Assembly (NCBI GenBank): GCA_021816955.1
Contig: JAKAWP010000004.1
Location: forward strand, 117 to 64,116
DNA from: Thermoplasmata archaeon
GTDB lineage: Archaea > Thermoplasmatota > Thermoplasmata > Lutacidiplasmatales > UBA184
DNA: 64,000 nt
Reading direction: 5' to 3'
The position numbers were made by a program, and so were the translations under genes. This document shows positions 28,139 to 39,557 of this stretch, piece by piece. The notes under the pieces are model-generated. The model ran no database searches. It had not been told where the DNA came from and saw only the letters and a list, made by a program, of their open reading frames with translations. Numbering within the stretch: the first letter of the stretch is position 1; each line of letters opens with the position of its first letter.

Positions 28139-29137
28139 CTAGCCCGCTTGAGCGCTCCACCGGGCGCCGAGCGCCGCGACGGACGAGCGGACATCGTCCG
28201 CCGGTAGCCCGCCAAAGTCGAACAACCCGAGGACCTCGTCGACTCCCAGGGACTGAAAGGTCGAGAGGCGGTCCGCGACCTCCGCCGGGCGACCGAAGAG
28301 GGCAAAGCCGGCCTTCTCGATCGCCTCCGGGGTCGCGTGGGCGGGGTCGCGTCGCGCCTTGTCGGCATAGAACGTGCTCTGCGTCGCCAGCCGCGTCGCG
28401 AGGTACTGCCGAAGCGCGGCGCGCGCCCGCGCTGGGTGATCGCCGGCGTACAGGTGGACGCCGATGGCGACCTCGACCTTCACTCCCGCGGGAGCGGCGG
28501 ATCGGAAGAGGCGGATCTCTTCGGCGAGCTCGTCGAGCCCCGAGACCGTCGCGTACGGGATGAGGGCAAGCGACGCGCCGCGCCGGGCCACGAACGGAAT
28601 CGCCTCCTTCCGTTGAACCGCGATCCAGAGCGGCGGATGCGGCGTCTGAACGGGCCGGACGTTCAGGGCGACTTCCGGACCGTGCGGGCCCGCCGGGCGA
28701 ACGGGCTCGCCGACCCAGGCCCGGAGGATCGTCGCCAGCGCGGCGTCGAACCGCTCCCGCTTGTCGCTGGCCGGGACGCCGAACGCCTCGAGCTCGAGCG
28801 CCAGATAGCCGCTCCCGACCCCGAAGTTCAAGCGGCCGTGGGACAGCTGATCGACGAGCGCGTACTGCTCGGCGATCTCGACGGGCGCGTGGAACGGTAG
28901 GACGCTCACCATCGCTCCGAGCCGGAGGCGACGGGTTCGCGCGGCCACCGCCGCGAGCGCGATCGGGGGAGATGGCAACACGCCGCCCGGTTGGAAGTGA
29001 TGCTCCGCGACCCAGAAGGCGGAGAGGTCAGCCGCGTCAGCGGCGTCGCCGAGCGCGAGGAGCTCGGAGTACCGATCCCGCTTAGCGGCTTCTTCCGAGG
29101 GAAAGGCGTCGACCACACTGAATGCGCTGAGCTTCAC
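28139..29137 (-). CDS. LLM-class (luciferase-like) flavin/F420-dependent oxidoreductase
   Basis: Trimmed to the GTG (VKLSAFSVVDAF...). Contains FWVAEHHF and GRLNFGVGSGY segments typical of the family. The upstream 199 codons of the track ORF are junk. Confidence 0.85.
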   Translation of the reverse strand: MKLSAFSVVDAFPSEEAAKRDRYSELLALGDAADAADLSAFWVAEHHFQPGGVLPSPPIALAAVAARTRRLRLGAMVSVLPFHAPVEIAEQYALVDQLSHGRLNFGVGSGYLALELEAFGVPASDKRERFDAALATILRAWVGEPVRPAGPHGPEVALNVRPVQTPHPPLWIAVQRKEAIPFVARRGASLALIPYATVSGLDELAEEIRLFRSAAPAGVKVEVAIGVHLYAGDHPARARAALRQYLATRLATQSTFYADKARRDPAHATPEAIEKAGFALFGRPAEVADRLSTFQSLGVDEVLGLFDFGGLPADDVRSSVAALGARWSAQAG

Positions 29138-29450
29138 CCGGTCCGTCCCTCCGTCAGGGGTGAGGGTTGGCAAACGCCCGGCCGTCTTAACCCGGACTCC
29201 TTCCCGCCGCGTTCGCGAGGCGCAGGGGTCTTGGGCGCCGGCGCGCTTCACGGGCCGCACCGTGAAGCTCCGGGGTGTCGCCGTGCAGGCCGGAACCGCG
29301 ACGGCCGTCCTCCGCCTCCGACCGGTCCAGGACGGTCGCCCGGGGTGGGTAGCGGCCACCCAATCGCCGGTGCCACGGCCCGCCGCACTGTTCGGTCGGG
29401 GGCTTCGCGGGTGGATCGTCGGAAGCCGGTGGACGCGCCGCCCCTCTTTC

Positions 29451-30185
29451 GTGCCGCGCGTGCCGATCGTCGCCGGGATCGACCTCGACGCGCTCCGTGA
29501 AGGAGACGTGGTCAGAATCGACGGAGCGGCCGGTGACGTTCGCGTGATCGGCGTGAAGGCGGTGAACGTCGTCACCGCCTTTCTCGAGCGCGCCGACGGG
29601 CGAATATTGCTGCTGAAGCGGTCCTCGCGCGTTGGCTCCTTCCAAGGACGGTGGGCCGGGGTTTCCGGGTACCTCGAGGACCCGACACCGCTCTCCCAGG
29701 CCCTTCGCGAGATCCGAGAAGAGACCGGTATCATCCGTTCGAAGCTGCGCCTGGTTGCCCGGGGGCGTCCGTTGTGGGCTCGGGACGGCCCCCGGGCGTT
29801 TCGGGTTCACCCGTTCCGGTTCCGCACCCGGACCGTTCGCCTTCGACTCGACTGGGAGCATACGGCTGCGGCCTGGGTCGATCCGGCGACCCTCCGTCGC
29901 CGACGCACCGTCCCGAAGCTGGACGAAGCATGGTCGAGCGTCGCCGACCGTCCCCTGCCGGCGGCTTCCGCCGCGAGAAGGCATAAGACCGAGAAACCAT
30001 CCGCGAACCGCTGGGCTGGTAGATCAGTTGGAAGATCGCCGGTTTTGCAAACCGGAGGCCTCGGGTTCGAATCCCGACCAGTCCATCCCGAGAACGGCTC
30101 CGACCCGTCGGCGACCTCGCCACCGGGCGCGACACCTTCGGACACGGAGAACCGGCCCGGTGGTACGGTCTCCGGTGAGGGTTGA
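29451..30185 (+). CDS. NUDIX hydrolase (both ends uncertain)
   Basis: Contains the Nudix box GVSGYLEDPTPLSQALREIREETGI. The proposed start is the GTG at 29451 (or 29460). The frame has no stop until 30183-30185, so it reads through tRNA-Ala on the same strand. Confidence 0.6.
   Translation: MPRVPIVAGIDLDALREGDVVRIDGAAGDVRVIGVKAVNVVTAFLERADGRILLLKRSSRVGSFQGRWAGVSGYLEDPTPLSQALREIREETGIIRSKLRLVARGRPLWARDGPRAFRVHPFRFRTRTVRLRLDWEHTAAAWVDPATLRRRRTVPKLDEAWSSVADRPLPAASAARRHKTEKPSANRWAGRSVGRSPVLQTGGLGFESRPVHPENGSDPSATSPPGATPSDTENRPGGTVSGEG
30013..30085 (+). tRNA. tRNA-Ala (anticodon UGC)
   Basis: Hand-folded 73 nt. The acceptor GGGCUGG/CCAGUCC includes the G3:U70 alanine identity pair. The D arm is GAUC-AGUUGGAA-GAUC. 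The anticodon stem is CCGGU/ACCGG with loop UUUGCAA. The T arm is UCGGG-UUCGAAU-CCCGA. Confidence 0.92.
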
Positions 30186-30381
30186 CCGCCCGCGAATCAG
30201 CGGGGCCCGCGCCTCCTACCGGAGGCGCGCCGATCGTGCCACGAGGATTCTCCCTCTACGATCGCCCCGCAGACACTGACCTTCCAAGGGAGCAGTCCTA
30301 CCCGGACCGGAGCGCGGGGCCTCCGGCCCTAGGGCGGGAAACCCGAGTTCGGCTCTCCGCGCGCCGGCTCCCCGGCGAGCG

Positions 30382-32724
<2,343 letters not shown>

Positions 32725-32884
32725 TCAAGACCCGGCCGCTCCGGGCGGCCGACAACGTTCGCGGCATCGCGACTCCGGCCGATCCCCTCGAGGGAGCGCT
32801 CCCCTCGGGCCCCGCTCGGGATCGAAAGGGGTTCGGACGATCGCGAAGATGTAGGTGACGCCGGTCGTGAAACGGGCATCGGAC

Positions 32885-32899
32885 CTATAATTATTATAA
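32885..32899. promoter_or_regulatory. PerR-box-like 7-1-7 inverted repeat CTATAAT-T-ATTATAA
   Basis: It matches 14 of 15 positions of the Bacillus PerR box TTATAATNATTATAA as I remember it. It sits in the only strongly A/T-rich island between katG and the divergent Fur-family gene, and is directly followed by TATATAA (32901-32907). Confidence 0.5.
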
Positions 32900-33134
32900 G
32901 TATATAACTCATAACCGGACTCCGTGCCTCGACCGACCACTCGCCTCGATCCCCCGCCGGTCGGAATCCGCCAATCCGGAGAGCCGTGGAGCGACAACGA
33001 GAGCGATCCCCCTCTCCTTGGCCCGCGGAGGGCCTGATGCCGGCGGAACGCGTGCCCGCACCCGGCCGGCCTTGCGGCTTTCGAGCGAGGGCAACTCCCG
33101 TGCCGGGAGCGGGACCGAGGGGGTGGCGCCGGCG

Positions 33135-33713
33135 GTGAAGGGCAAGAACCCCCGCCTCCGGGATCGGTCGAAGGTCGGGAGCGCGCCGACGATCCGTTCG
33201 CCGGCGTCGGCGGGCGTCGCCGAGACTCTACGGAGTCTGTTGCAGAGCCACGGAGTCCGACTCTCCGCTCCGCGGTCGGCCGTCATCCGAGCTCTCGTGA
33301 GTCGGGGGGAAAGTCACCCCACCGCCGAAGAGGTCTTCTGGGAGGTGAGACGTCGAGGGCAGCGGATCGGCATCGCCACGGTGTACAACACCCTCGAGCT
33401 TCTCCGCGGGCTCGGAGCGGTTTCCGAACTCGGGTTTTCGGCGGGCCCCACGCGCTTCGACCTCAACTTGGCCCCGCATGCGAACTTGGTGTGCACGAAC
33501 TGCGGACGGATCTCGGATTACGAACTGGGGCCATTGGCCGATTGGACCCGAAAGCTGGGCGCAAGGGCGAATTTTGAAGTGCGACGGCAACGGCTGGACC
33601 TCTATGGTCTCTGCTCGGATTGTCGATCCCGCGAAGTGGCCCATCCCGAGGTGGCGCACCCGAAGTCACGGACGGTCCCCCTCGATCGCGATCGATCGGC
33701 GCTTCGCCGATAA
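33135..33713 (+). CDS. Fur-family (PerR-like) metalloregulator
   Basis: It has a winged-helix part (RSAVIRALVSRGESHPTAEEVFWEV...IATVYNTLELLRGLG) and CxxC pairs (CTNCG, CSDC). The start is uncertain: GTG at 33135 or 33123, or TTG at 33018. Confidence 0.8.
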   Translation: MKGKNPRLRDRSKVGSAPTIRSPASAGVAETLRSLLQSHGVRLSAPRSAVIRALVSRGESHPTAEEVFWEVRRRGQRIGIATVYNTLELLRGLGAVSELGFSAGPTRFDLNLAPHANLVCTNCGRISDYELGPLADWTRKLGARANFEVRRQRLDLYGLCSDCRSREVAHPEVAHPKSRTVPLDRDRSALRR

Positions 33714-33985
33714 CGCGACCGAGCGCGCTCGCCCAAGGACGCGGCCCTGGGGACATCTGTCGCCGGCCGCAACTGCTCTCCTTCGCACGATCACGGAACG
33801 TTCAGGGTTCCGACGCGAGCCCGCCCCGTTCGCGGGTCGTGGTCGTCGGGCGCACGGCCGTCGCGCCGTCTTCCCCGCAGAATTTGATCACGATCGGAGC
33901 CCAAGACCCGTTCCTATCCGTTCGGGAGCTGTTCGCCCCCGAGGACGTGAATGGAAGAGGCGGATACGCCGACTCGTAACCCTGG

Positions 33986-36900
33986 CTACAGATACTGGGA
34001 GCACCGGTGGCAGTAGAACCGACCGTACTGCGGGTAGAACGTCGCGGCGTTCCCGCATCGGGGGCAGTTCGCGGCCATCGGGGTCGGGACCGTTCGAGCC
34101 GCGGTCGAACCCGCGGGGGACGGCATCGTTCCCGCCGGTGGGGAACTCCCCGGCGGCGGGAACCCGCTTCCCGATCCCGAACCGCCGGAACGAACGGAGG
34201 GAGCCGCGCCCGTCGCCGGCGGCCGGCCCCGGCGGCCCGCCCGCGAGGCGACTACGGCCCCGACGATCGCAACGATTCCCACGACGACCGCAATCTCGAC
34301 GTAAAGCATCGGGATCCCGAAGAGTGTCCCGCTCCCCCCACCGCCACCGGTGGGATTGAACGTCACGGTCGGACCGCTCGTGGCACCGGCGACCGTGAGC
34401 GTCCCGCTGCCGCCGCTATAGCCGGACGCCGTCGTGGAGTACTGATACGTGCCGTTCGGAAGCGCGACCACGATCGTCGCCCGACCGTCGGACCAGACGG
34501 TGATCGAGCTCCAGGGGGGCGGAAAGCCGGGGGCCGAAGGCGAACTCGCCGGGGCGAGCGTGAGCGACCAGTTCGTCCCCGACGGAAGGCCCGAGGCGGT
34601 GAACGACACCGAAAACGCCCGCTCGAACTCGATGGGAACGACGGAGCCGCGGCCCGCCACGACCACCGTGCCCGATGCGATGTTCGGGATCCATCCGGTC
34701 ACGTTCGCGACCTCGTACGGATACGTCCCGTTATCGAGCAGGACCACGATCGTCGATCCCGACGAGGCATCTTCCACCCCGTCCACGAACACGGCCCAGA
34801 GCGCGCCCGTCGGCAATCCGCTCTCGCTGAAGGTCACCGGATACGCGCCCGCCGGTACCGAATGGAAGCCGATCTGCTTGACCTGCCCAGCCCCCAAGAC
34901 GAACACCGCGCCCGAGCTCGGCGAGGGAACGTACCCGGTCACGAGACTGACCTGGTACGCATACGTCCCGTTCCCCGCAGTATAGGTGAGCGTCGAAGAC
35001 GTCGTCGTGCTTTGCGTACCGTTGAACGTCACGCCCCAGAGCGTACCCGTCGGCAACCCGATCTCTTCAAACGTCACGTTGTAAACCCCACTCGGCGAGA
35101 CCGAAGTGAAGACGATCCCTTGGGTGGCGGGACCGCCGTCGATCGCGACGACCCCCGATGGCGGCGATGCCGAATAGCCCGCGACCCGGCCCACAGTGAA
35201 CGCATACGACCCGTTGGTAGCGTTGAGGTCGATGATCGCCGTGACCGAGCTGTACGACCGGTTGCCCACCACGACCGACCACGGCGTGCCGACCGGAAGG
35301 CCGATCTCCTCAAAGCGGAGCTGATAGGTCGTCGGCGCGAACTGGAGAAGGACGGTCAGGTTTCCGTTCAGGGAGACCGATGACCGGTACGGAATGGTCG
35401 TCTGGAAGTATCCGGGAACCAACCCGAGGGTCCGCTCGTACCCCCCGCTCGGAAGTGTGAAACCGAGCACGCTGCCCGTCGTCGCATTGAAGGCCACCCG
35501 GGAGGAGGTGGTGCTGTTCATCCACATCTCCCACGCGGTCCCGACGGGCAGTCCTGTCTCTTCTACCGTCATCGTGTAGTTTGTGACCGGGAGCGGCCGG
35601 AACACGATCGCTTCGCTCGTGTTCTGGCCGGCGATCGTGATCGTCCCGCTCTCCGGAGAGGCAGCGAAGCCGCTCGCGTTCACCGAAAAGGCGTACGTGC
35701 CGTTCGTGAGACCGACAACCGTGACGTTGGCCGGCGCCGTCTGCGTGTTCGATTCCCCATTGATCGTCACCGTCCAGGGGGTTCCCGCCGGCAACCCGGA
35801 CTCTGCAAAGGTCGCCTGATACGTGCGGGGCGTCGCCACCGGGACGTACGACAGGACGCCCTGTTCTGGGCTTCCTCCGACCACGCTCAGCCCGTAGGTG
35901 TTCGCGCCGGTCCGGTTCCAAGAGAGGTTCGCGGCGATCTCGCCCGTCTGATCGACCTGCTGATCGAAGACGGCCGTCCGGGCGGGAACGAACGAGGACG
36001 AGCCGTACGGCTGAACCATCGCGACGAGCGATCCGTTCGTCGGTCGCTGAAATTCGCCGGTGGCACCGGACGGCCCGCCCACGAGTCCGAACTGCGGCGA
36101 GAGCCCGCCGAGCATTGGATTGTTGGGGTACGGACCGTTCGAGTAGTTCCTCCCCTGCCAGGAGTAGTTGTAGCCGAGCGAGCCGATGACGTACGCCGCC
36201 CCCGGCACGGGAAGGGTCAGGTTCTGGCCCGCCACGGAGAAGTCGATTTCCTGGCTGTTGAATCCCGGCGGACGGATCAGCGTGGTGCGGATCACGAACG
36301 TCTTCGGCAGAGAAACGGTTACATTCGGCGGGAAGTTGTACTCGTACACGGACTGTTGGGGATACAACCCGTAGAACGGGAAGATCACCCAACCGGTGTA
36401 CGCCATCCCCCACTGGGACGGCCCGCCTCGGATGTAGATCACGTTCTGGACCCAGTAGATCGGTGCGCCGAGACTGTTCGCGAGGAAGAAGTTCTGCTGA
36501 ATGGAGGCGTTGTACGTCGTGTAGATGCTACCCGATTTGTAGGACGTCACCTTAAGCGCGTTCAGGGACAGCGTATCCTCGACTCCCGAGAGCCGCCCGC
36601 TCACTCCGTTCGAATTGACGTTCAACATGTACATCGTGTAGTTGTACGCGTCGATCGATCCCCAACCGGTGACGAGGTCCCAACCTCGCAACGCTCCGTA
36701 TACCTGATTGTGGCCGCTCGTGACGTCGTAGAAGGGGAGCGTCGGAAGCGGCGAGTTATACGTTGACCCCGGAGAGGGGATGAATCCCACGTACCCCGTC
36801 GAATTGAACGGGGCCGCCTGGCGATCCCCGAGGGCGTACAGGCTCGGGTTCAGGAACCCGAGCCAAGCGTTCCCGTCCGCCTTCAAGACGTGGTCGATCG

Positions 36901-38713
36901 TCGCCACCACGCCCGCTTCAAGGGGAGACGCCACGCTCGTTCCGGCGATCGGAAAGAACGGCCCTCCGGTCGACGCGTTGGTCGCATCGTAGGTCATCGT
37001 TCCGACGGTGATCGTGAGAAGCGTGTTGTTCGCGAGCGCCGCGATGTCCGGCGTCGCGCGCCCGGACATTCCGGTCGACTGGATCACACGGTTCGCCGAG
37101 CTGTTCCTCTGCCAACTCGGCTCGGGGAAGACCGAACTGACCCCGCCGGTGGAGCCCTCCTTGTTCGTCTGATACCACACCGTTTGGTTCGCCAAGGTCA
37201 GATAGCCCGGCGTTCCGCTCGCCGCATCCAATGTCGGGGTGGTTCCGCCGACCGCGGTGACCCCGAACGAATCGTACGCCATGGTCGACGGAAAATTGAC
37301 ATCGGAGTTGCCCGAATCCCCGGAGGCGGCCAAGACCGTGATGCCGCGCGCTTGCGCCTCTTCGAGACCCGTGTACCAGGCCGTGTCGTTCTGGTCGGTG
37401 CCGCCCCAAGAGTTCGTCACCACCGAGACGTTGCGGAGGGGGGAACCGGCCGGCGGGTTCAATACGGTCGTGAAGGCGGCATCTAGATTGACGAGCGTGG
37501 GGTTCGGTCCGTAGACGTCGACGATGGTGGAGCCGGGGGCCGTGCTCCCGATCATTTCGAGGTCAAGCGTCGTCTCGACGGATGCGCCCGTGACATCGAA
37601 CGCCGCGGACGGCCCGGGCGAGAGCGCACCGTTCACCGGCAGACCCTCGATCTGGGGATGCGGCTCGCCGGCCGGAAGCGTTTCATTGAAGAACAGGTTC
37701 ACATTGCTCGGCACGTACGGCGCGGTGTAGTTCGAAGGCGAGCACGGGACCGAGGTGCTGGCCGGGACGCGGCACCCTCCCCACAGGATCGACGCGACGA
37801 CCCCATTGGTCGGATACCCGGCGTTCTGGAACAACCCGAGCTCATCATAGGCGACCTGGAAATCCGGAGCGTACTCGTACTGAACCCCGTTCACCGTGGC
37901 CGGTGGTACGTACCCGCCTTGGACGGACGCCGGGACGCTACGGGTCACGGGCGGCCCGTGCACCGAGGGAAGTAAGCGGAGCGAGACGGGGTGGACCGTG
38001 TACATCGAGTACGTGCTCAACCCGACGACTTCCGCCACATACGGCGCGACCGGGGAGGGCAACCTCGGACTCCCCGTCGGCGCTAGGTAGGCTCGCCCGT
38101 GAAGCACGTACTCTCCGAGTTGGACCCCAAAGATCTCGGCGATTTGGCGGGGCGTTGCCTCGAAGGTGAGCGACAGTCGGTCGGCGGTCGTCGTGATCGG
38201 CGCCACCCCGAACGATCGAACGAACGCTTCGAGGGCGTGATACGGCCCCGGCGCCCCCCCGAACTCGTGATCGAACTGCTGTTGGGTCAGATATCGGTGG
38301 TACAGCGGAGAGAGCGGATTCGACAACGCCAAAAGAAAATCGCCGAGAGCCGAACTATTCGTCGTCCGGAGGCTGATCAGGATCGGCACAGGGGCGGCGG
38401 GTGCCGGCCCGACCCATTGCGCGCCCGCGAGCCCGATGCCGGGCTCCCGATCCGGCACGTCGACCCGCGGAGCCAAGGCAAGCGCTCCGAGACCGCCAGC
38501 GATCGCGGGCGGGGTCGGACCCGGCGACGCGGGGAGCCCTGAGGGTGCCGAGGTGAGCGTGGAAGGAACGAAGAAGACGGCCGCGACCGCGACCACGAGC
38601 GCAAGTTGGACCGGCGTTGGTCGTCCGAATCGTCGATGCGCCCCTATCTCCACGGGATTCACCGATGTGGATTGTTGGTACGTGCGGCTGCTTAATACAG
38701 TGACTCTGCCCAT
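33986..38713 (-). CDS. giant membrane-anchored S53 peptidase with a thermopsin-like segment, six tandem beta-sandwich-type repeats, a TM helix and a C-terminal zinc ribbon
   Basis: It has a pro-kumamolisin segment (LSPLYHRYLTQQQFDHEFG) and the S53 motifs ETTLDLE, SWGG and AGTSVASPLEAG. A thermopsin-like segment follows (NASIQQNFFL...YWVQNV). The repeats are YxVTFxExGLPxGTxW modules. The TM helix is YVEIAVVVGIVAIVGAVVA, and the tail ends CPRCGN...CHRCSQYL. The start is the ATG at 38713; an alternative GTG at 38662 lies ~30 nt after a TATTAAG box. Confidence 0.85.
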   Translation of the reverse strand: MGRVTVLSSRTYQQSTSVNPVEIGAHRRFGRPTPVQLALVVAVAAVFFVPSTLTSAPSGLPASPGPTPPAIAGGLGALALAPRVDVPDREPGIGLAGAQWVGPAPAAPVPILISLRTTNSSALGDFLLALSNPLSPLYHRYLTQQQFDHEFGGAPGPYHALEAFVRSFGVAPITTTADRLSLTFEATPRQIAEIFGVQLGEYVLHGRAYLAPTGSPRLPSPVAPYVAEVVGLSTYSMYTVHPVSLRLLPSVHGPPVTRSVPASVQGGYVPPATVNGVQYEYAPDFQVAYDELGLFQNAGYPTNGVVASILWGGCRVPASTSVPCSPSNYTAPYVPSNVNLFFNETLPAGEPHPQIEGLPVNGALSPGPSAAFDVTGASVETTLDLEMIGSTAPGSTIVDVYGPNPTLVNLDAAFTTVLNPPAGSPLRNVSVVTNSWGGTDQNDTAWYTGLEEAQARGITVLAASGDSGNSDVNFPSTMAYDSFGVTAVGGTTPTLDAASGTPGYLTLANQTVWYQTNKEGSTGGVSSVFPEPSWQRNSSANRVIQSTGMSGRATPDIAALANNTLLTITVGTMTYDATNASTGGPFFPIAGTSVASPLEAGVVATIDHVLKADGNAWLGFLNPSLYALGDRQAAPFNSTGYVGFIPSPGSTYNSPLPTLPFYDVTSGHNQVYGALRGWDLVTGWGSIDAYNYTMYMLNVNSNGVSGRLSGVEDTLSLNALKVTSYKSGSIYTTYNASIQQNFFLANSLGAPIYWVQNVIYIRGGPSQWGMAYTGWVIFPFYGLYPQQSVYEYNFPPNVTVSLPKTFVIRTTLIRPPGFNSQEIDFSVAGQNLTLPVPGAAYVIGSLGYNYSWQGRNYSNGPYPNNPMLGGLSPQFGLVGGPSGATGEFQRPTNGSLVAMVQPYGSSSFVPARTAVFDQQVDQTGEIAANLSWNRTGANTYGLSVVGGSPEQGVLSYVPVATPRTYQATFAESGLPAGTPWTVTINGESNTQTAPANVTVVGLTNGTYAFSVNASGFAASPESGTITIAGQNTSEAIVFRPLPVTNYTMTVEETGLPVGTAWEMWMNSTTSSRVAFNATTGSVLGFTLPSGGYERTLGLVPGYFQTTIPYRSSVSLNGNLTVLLQFAPTTYQLRFEEIGLPVGTPWSVVVGNRSYSSVTAIIDLNATNGSYAFTVGRVAGYSASPPSGVVAIDGGPATQGIVFTSVSPSGVYNVTFEEIGLPTGTLWGVTFNGTQSTTTSSTLTYTAGNGTYAYQVSLVTGYVPSPSSGAVFVLGAGQVKQIGFHSVPAGAYPVTFSESGLPTGALWAVFVDGVEDASSGSTIVVLLDNGTYPYEVANVTGWIPNIASGTVVVAGRGSVVPIEFERAFSVSFTASGLPSGTNWSLTLAPASSPSAPGFPPPWSSITVWSDGRATIVVALPNGTYQYSTTASGYSGGSGTLTVAGATSGPTVTFNPTGGGGGSGTLFGIPMLYVEIAVVVGIVAIVGAVVASRAGRRGRPPATGAAPSVRSGGSGSGSGFPPPGSSPPAGTMPSPAGSTAARTVPTPMAANCPRCGNAATFYPQYGRFYCHRCSQYL
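34349..35821 (-). repeat. six tandem ~76-89-aa domain repeats (Y/F-x-V/L-T/R-F-x-E/A-x-GLP-x-GT-x-W ... NGTY-x-Y/F)
   Basis: Read from the translation. The repeat starts are YQATFAESGLPAGTPW, YTMTVEETGLPVGTAW, YQLRFEEIGLPVGTPW, YNVTFEEIGLPTGTLW, YPVTFSESGLPTGALW and FSVSFTASGLPSGTNW. Confidence 0.8.
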
Positions 38714-38777
38714 ATGCTTACGGGGCGAGGTCCGGGCCGAACGGCGGGTCTCGATACGGCCGCCACGCGCCGGCAAA

Positions 38778-38787
38778 CCCTATAGTG
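38778..38787 (+). promoter_or_regulatory. TATA box (CCCTATAGTG) for a leaderless SRPBCC gene
   Basis: Centred about 25 nt upstream of the GTG at 38808. Confidence 0.45.
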
Positions 38788-38807
38788 TCCGTCGGTCCCG
38801 CCCTTCC

Positions 38808-39266
38808 GTGGCCGAGGAACCGCTCGACCCGATCCTGCTCCAGGTAACGATCCCGCTACCGGTGTCGATGATCTACGACGCGTTCGTCGAGGCCGGCAAG
38901 ATCACGGGATGGCTGGCCGACCGGGCGACCGTCGAGCTTCGCGTGGGCGGCGCCTATCGACTGGCGTGGGACGCGCCCGAGCGATTCGACAGTGACGGGA
39001 GAATCATCGCCTTCCACCGGGAGGTCGACCTCGACTTCACTTGGCAGTTCCCTCCCGCGTTCCGAGCGCTCGAGGGGGACCGCGCTGAACCGAGCCATGT
39101 CTACGTGCGGCTGCAGGAGTCGCCGGAAGGGATCGACGTCACTCTGGAACATGCCGGCTGGGCGAGCGGACCCCGCTGGGAAGACGCCCGGTCGTGGCAC
39201 TTCCATTTCTGGGACGAGCGGTTGCGGCGGCTCAAGGAGTACCTGATCGCCGAAGCCTACGGGTGA
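38808..39266 (+). CDS. SRPBCC/AHSA1 (START-like) family protein
   Basis: Trimmed to the GTG (VAEEPLDPILLQVTIPLPVSMIYDAFVEAGKITGWL...), a typical Aha1/BPI-like start. 152 aa. Confidence 0.75.
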   Translation: MAEEPLDPILLQVTIPLPVSMIYDAFVEAGKITGWLADRATVELRVGGAYRLAWDAPERFDSDGRIIAFHREVDLDFTWQFPPAFRALEGDRAEPSHVYVRLQESPEGIDVTLEHAGWASGPRWEDARSWHFHFWDERLRRLKEYLIAEAYG

Positions 39267-39472
39267 TGGGCGGCCGGCCCCGGTCGGCGGCCGATCGGGA
39301 GATACCCCCGGCACCCGTGCGCGCCGCAGGCGGAACAAGGGCCGACCGGGGCGAGTCGAAAGTTCGCGGAGCCTTCCACGGGTCGGACGACCATGTGGTC
39401 CGTCGGCCAGTGGCCGCAGCGGCAGCGCGCCGGAGCGTCGGCGCCCGGTCCGCCGGCCGTTCGGTCGGTCAC
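39257..39472 (-). CDS. possible Cys/His-rich zinc-binding mini-protein (71 aa)
   Basis: GTG start. Contains CRCGH...(31 aa)...CSACGAHGC. It exactly fills the gap between two confident genes. An AAAACGTTT patch lies about 29 nt upstream, and third positions are G/C-rich. Confidence 0.4.
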   Translation of the reverse strand: MTDRTAGGPGADAPARCRCGHWPTDHMVVRPVEGSANFRLAPVGPCSACGAHGCRGYLPIGRRPGPAAHHP

Positions 39473-39557
39473 GGGGGCGAAGAGGCGGGCCGAGGCAAAA
39501 CGTTTCGTGGCACGTCGCGTGCCCGTCCGGCGATCGCGAGCGAGGAAGACGACCGAG

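Noticed and set aside
29160-29450. N-terminal extension of the NUDIX ORF, including a PEP-utilising mobile-domain-like end (VPIVAGIDLDALREGDVVRIDGAAGDV)
   Set aside because: The region upstream of 29451 lacks the expected phosphohistidine segment and is Arg/Pro-rich. I kept the short GDVVRIDG-type segment inside the CDS but did not call a PEP-utilising domain.
33037-33138. 33-codon upstream ORF coupled to the Fur-family gene
   Set aside because: It has an attractive GGAGGG-ATG context and a GTGA overlap, but the peptide (MPAERVPAPGRPCGFRARATPVPGAGPRGWRRR) has shadow-ORF composition. It is mentioned only as a caveat for the regulator start.
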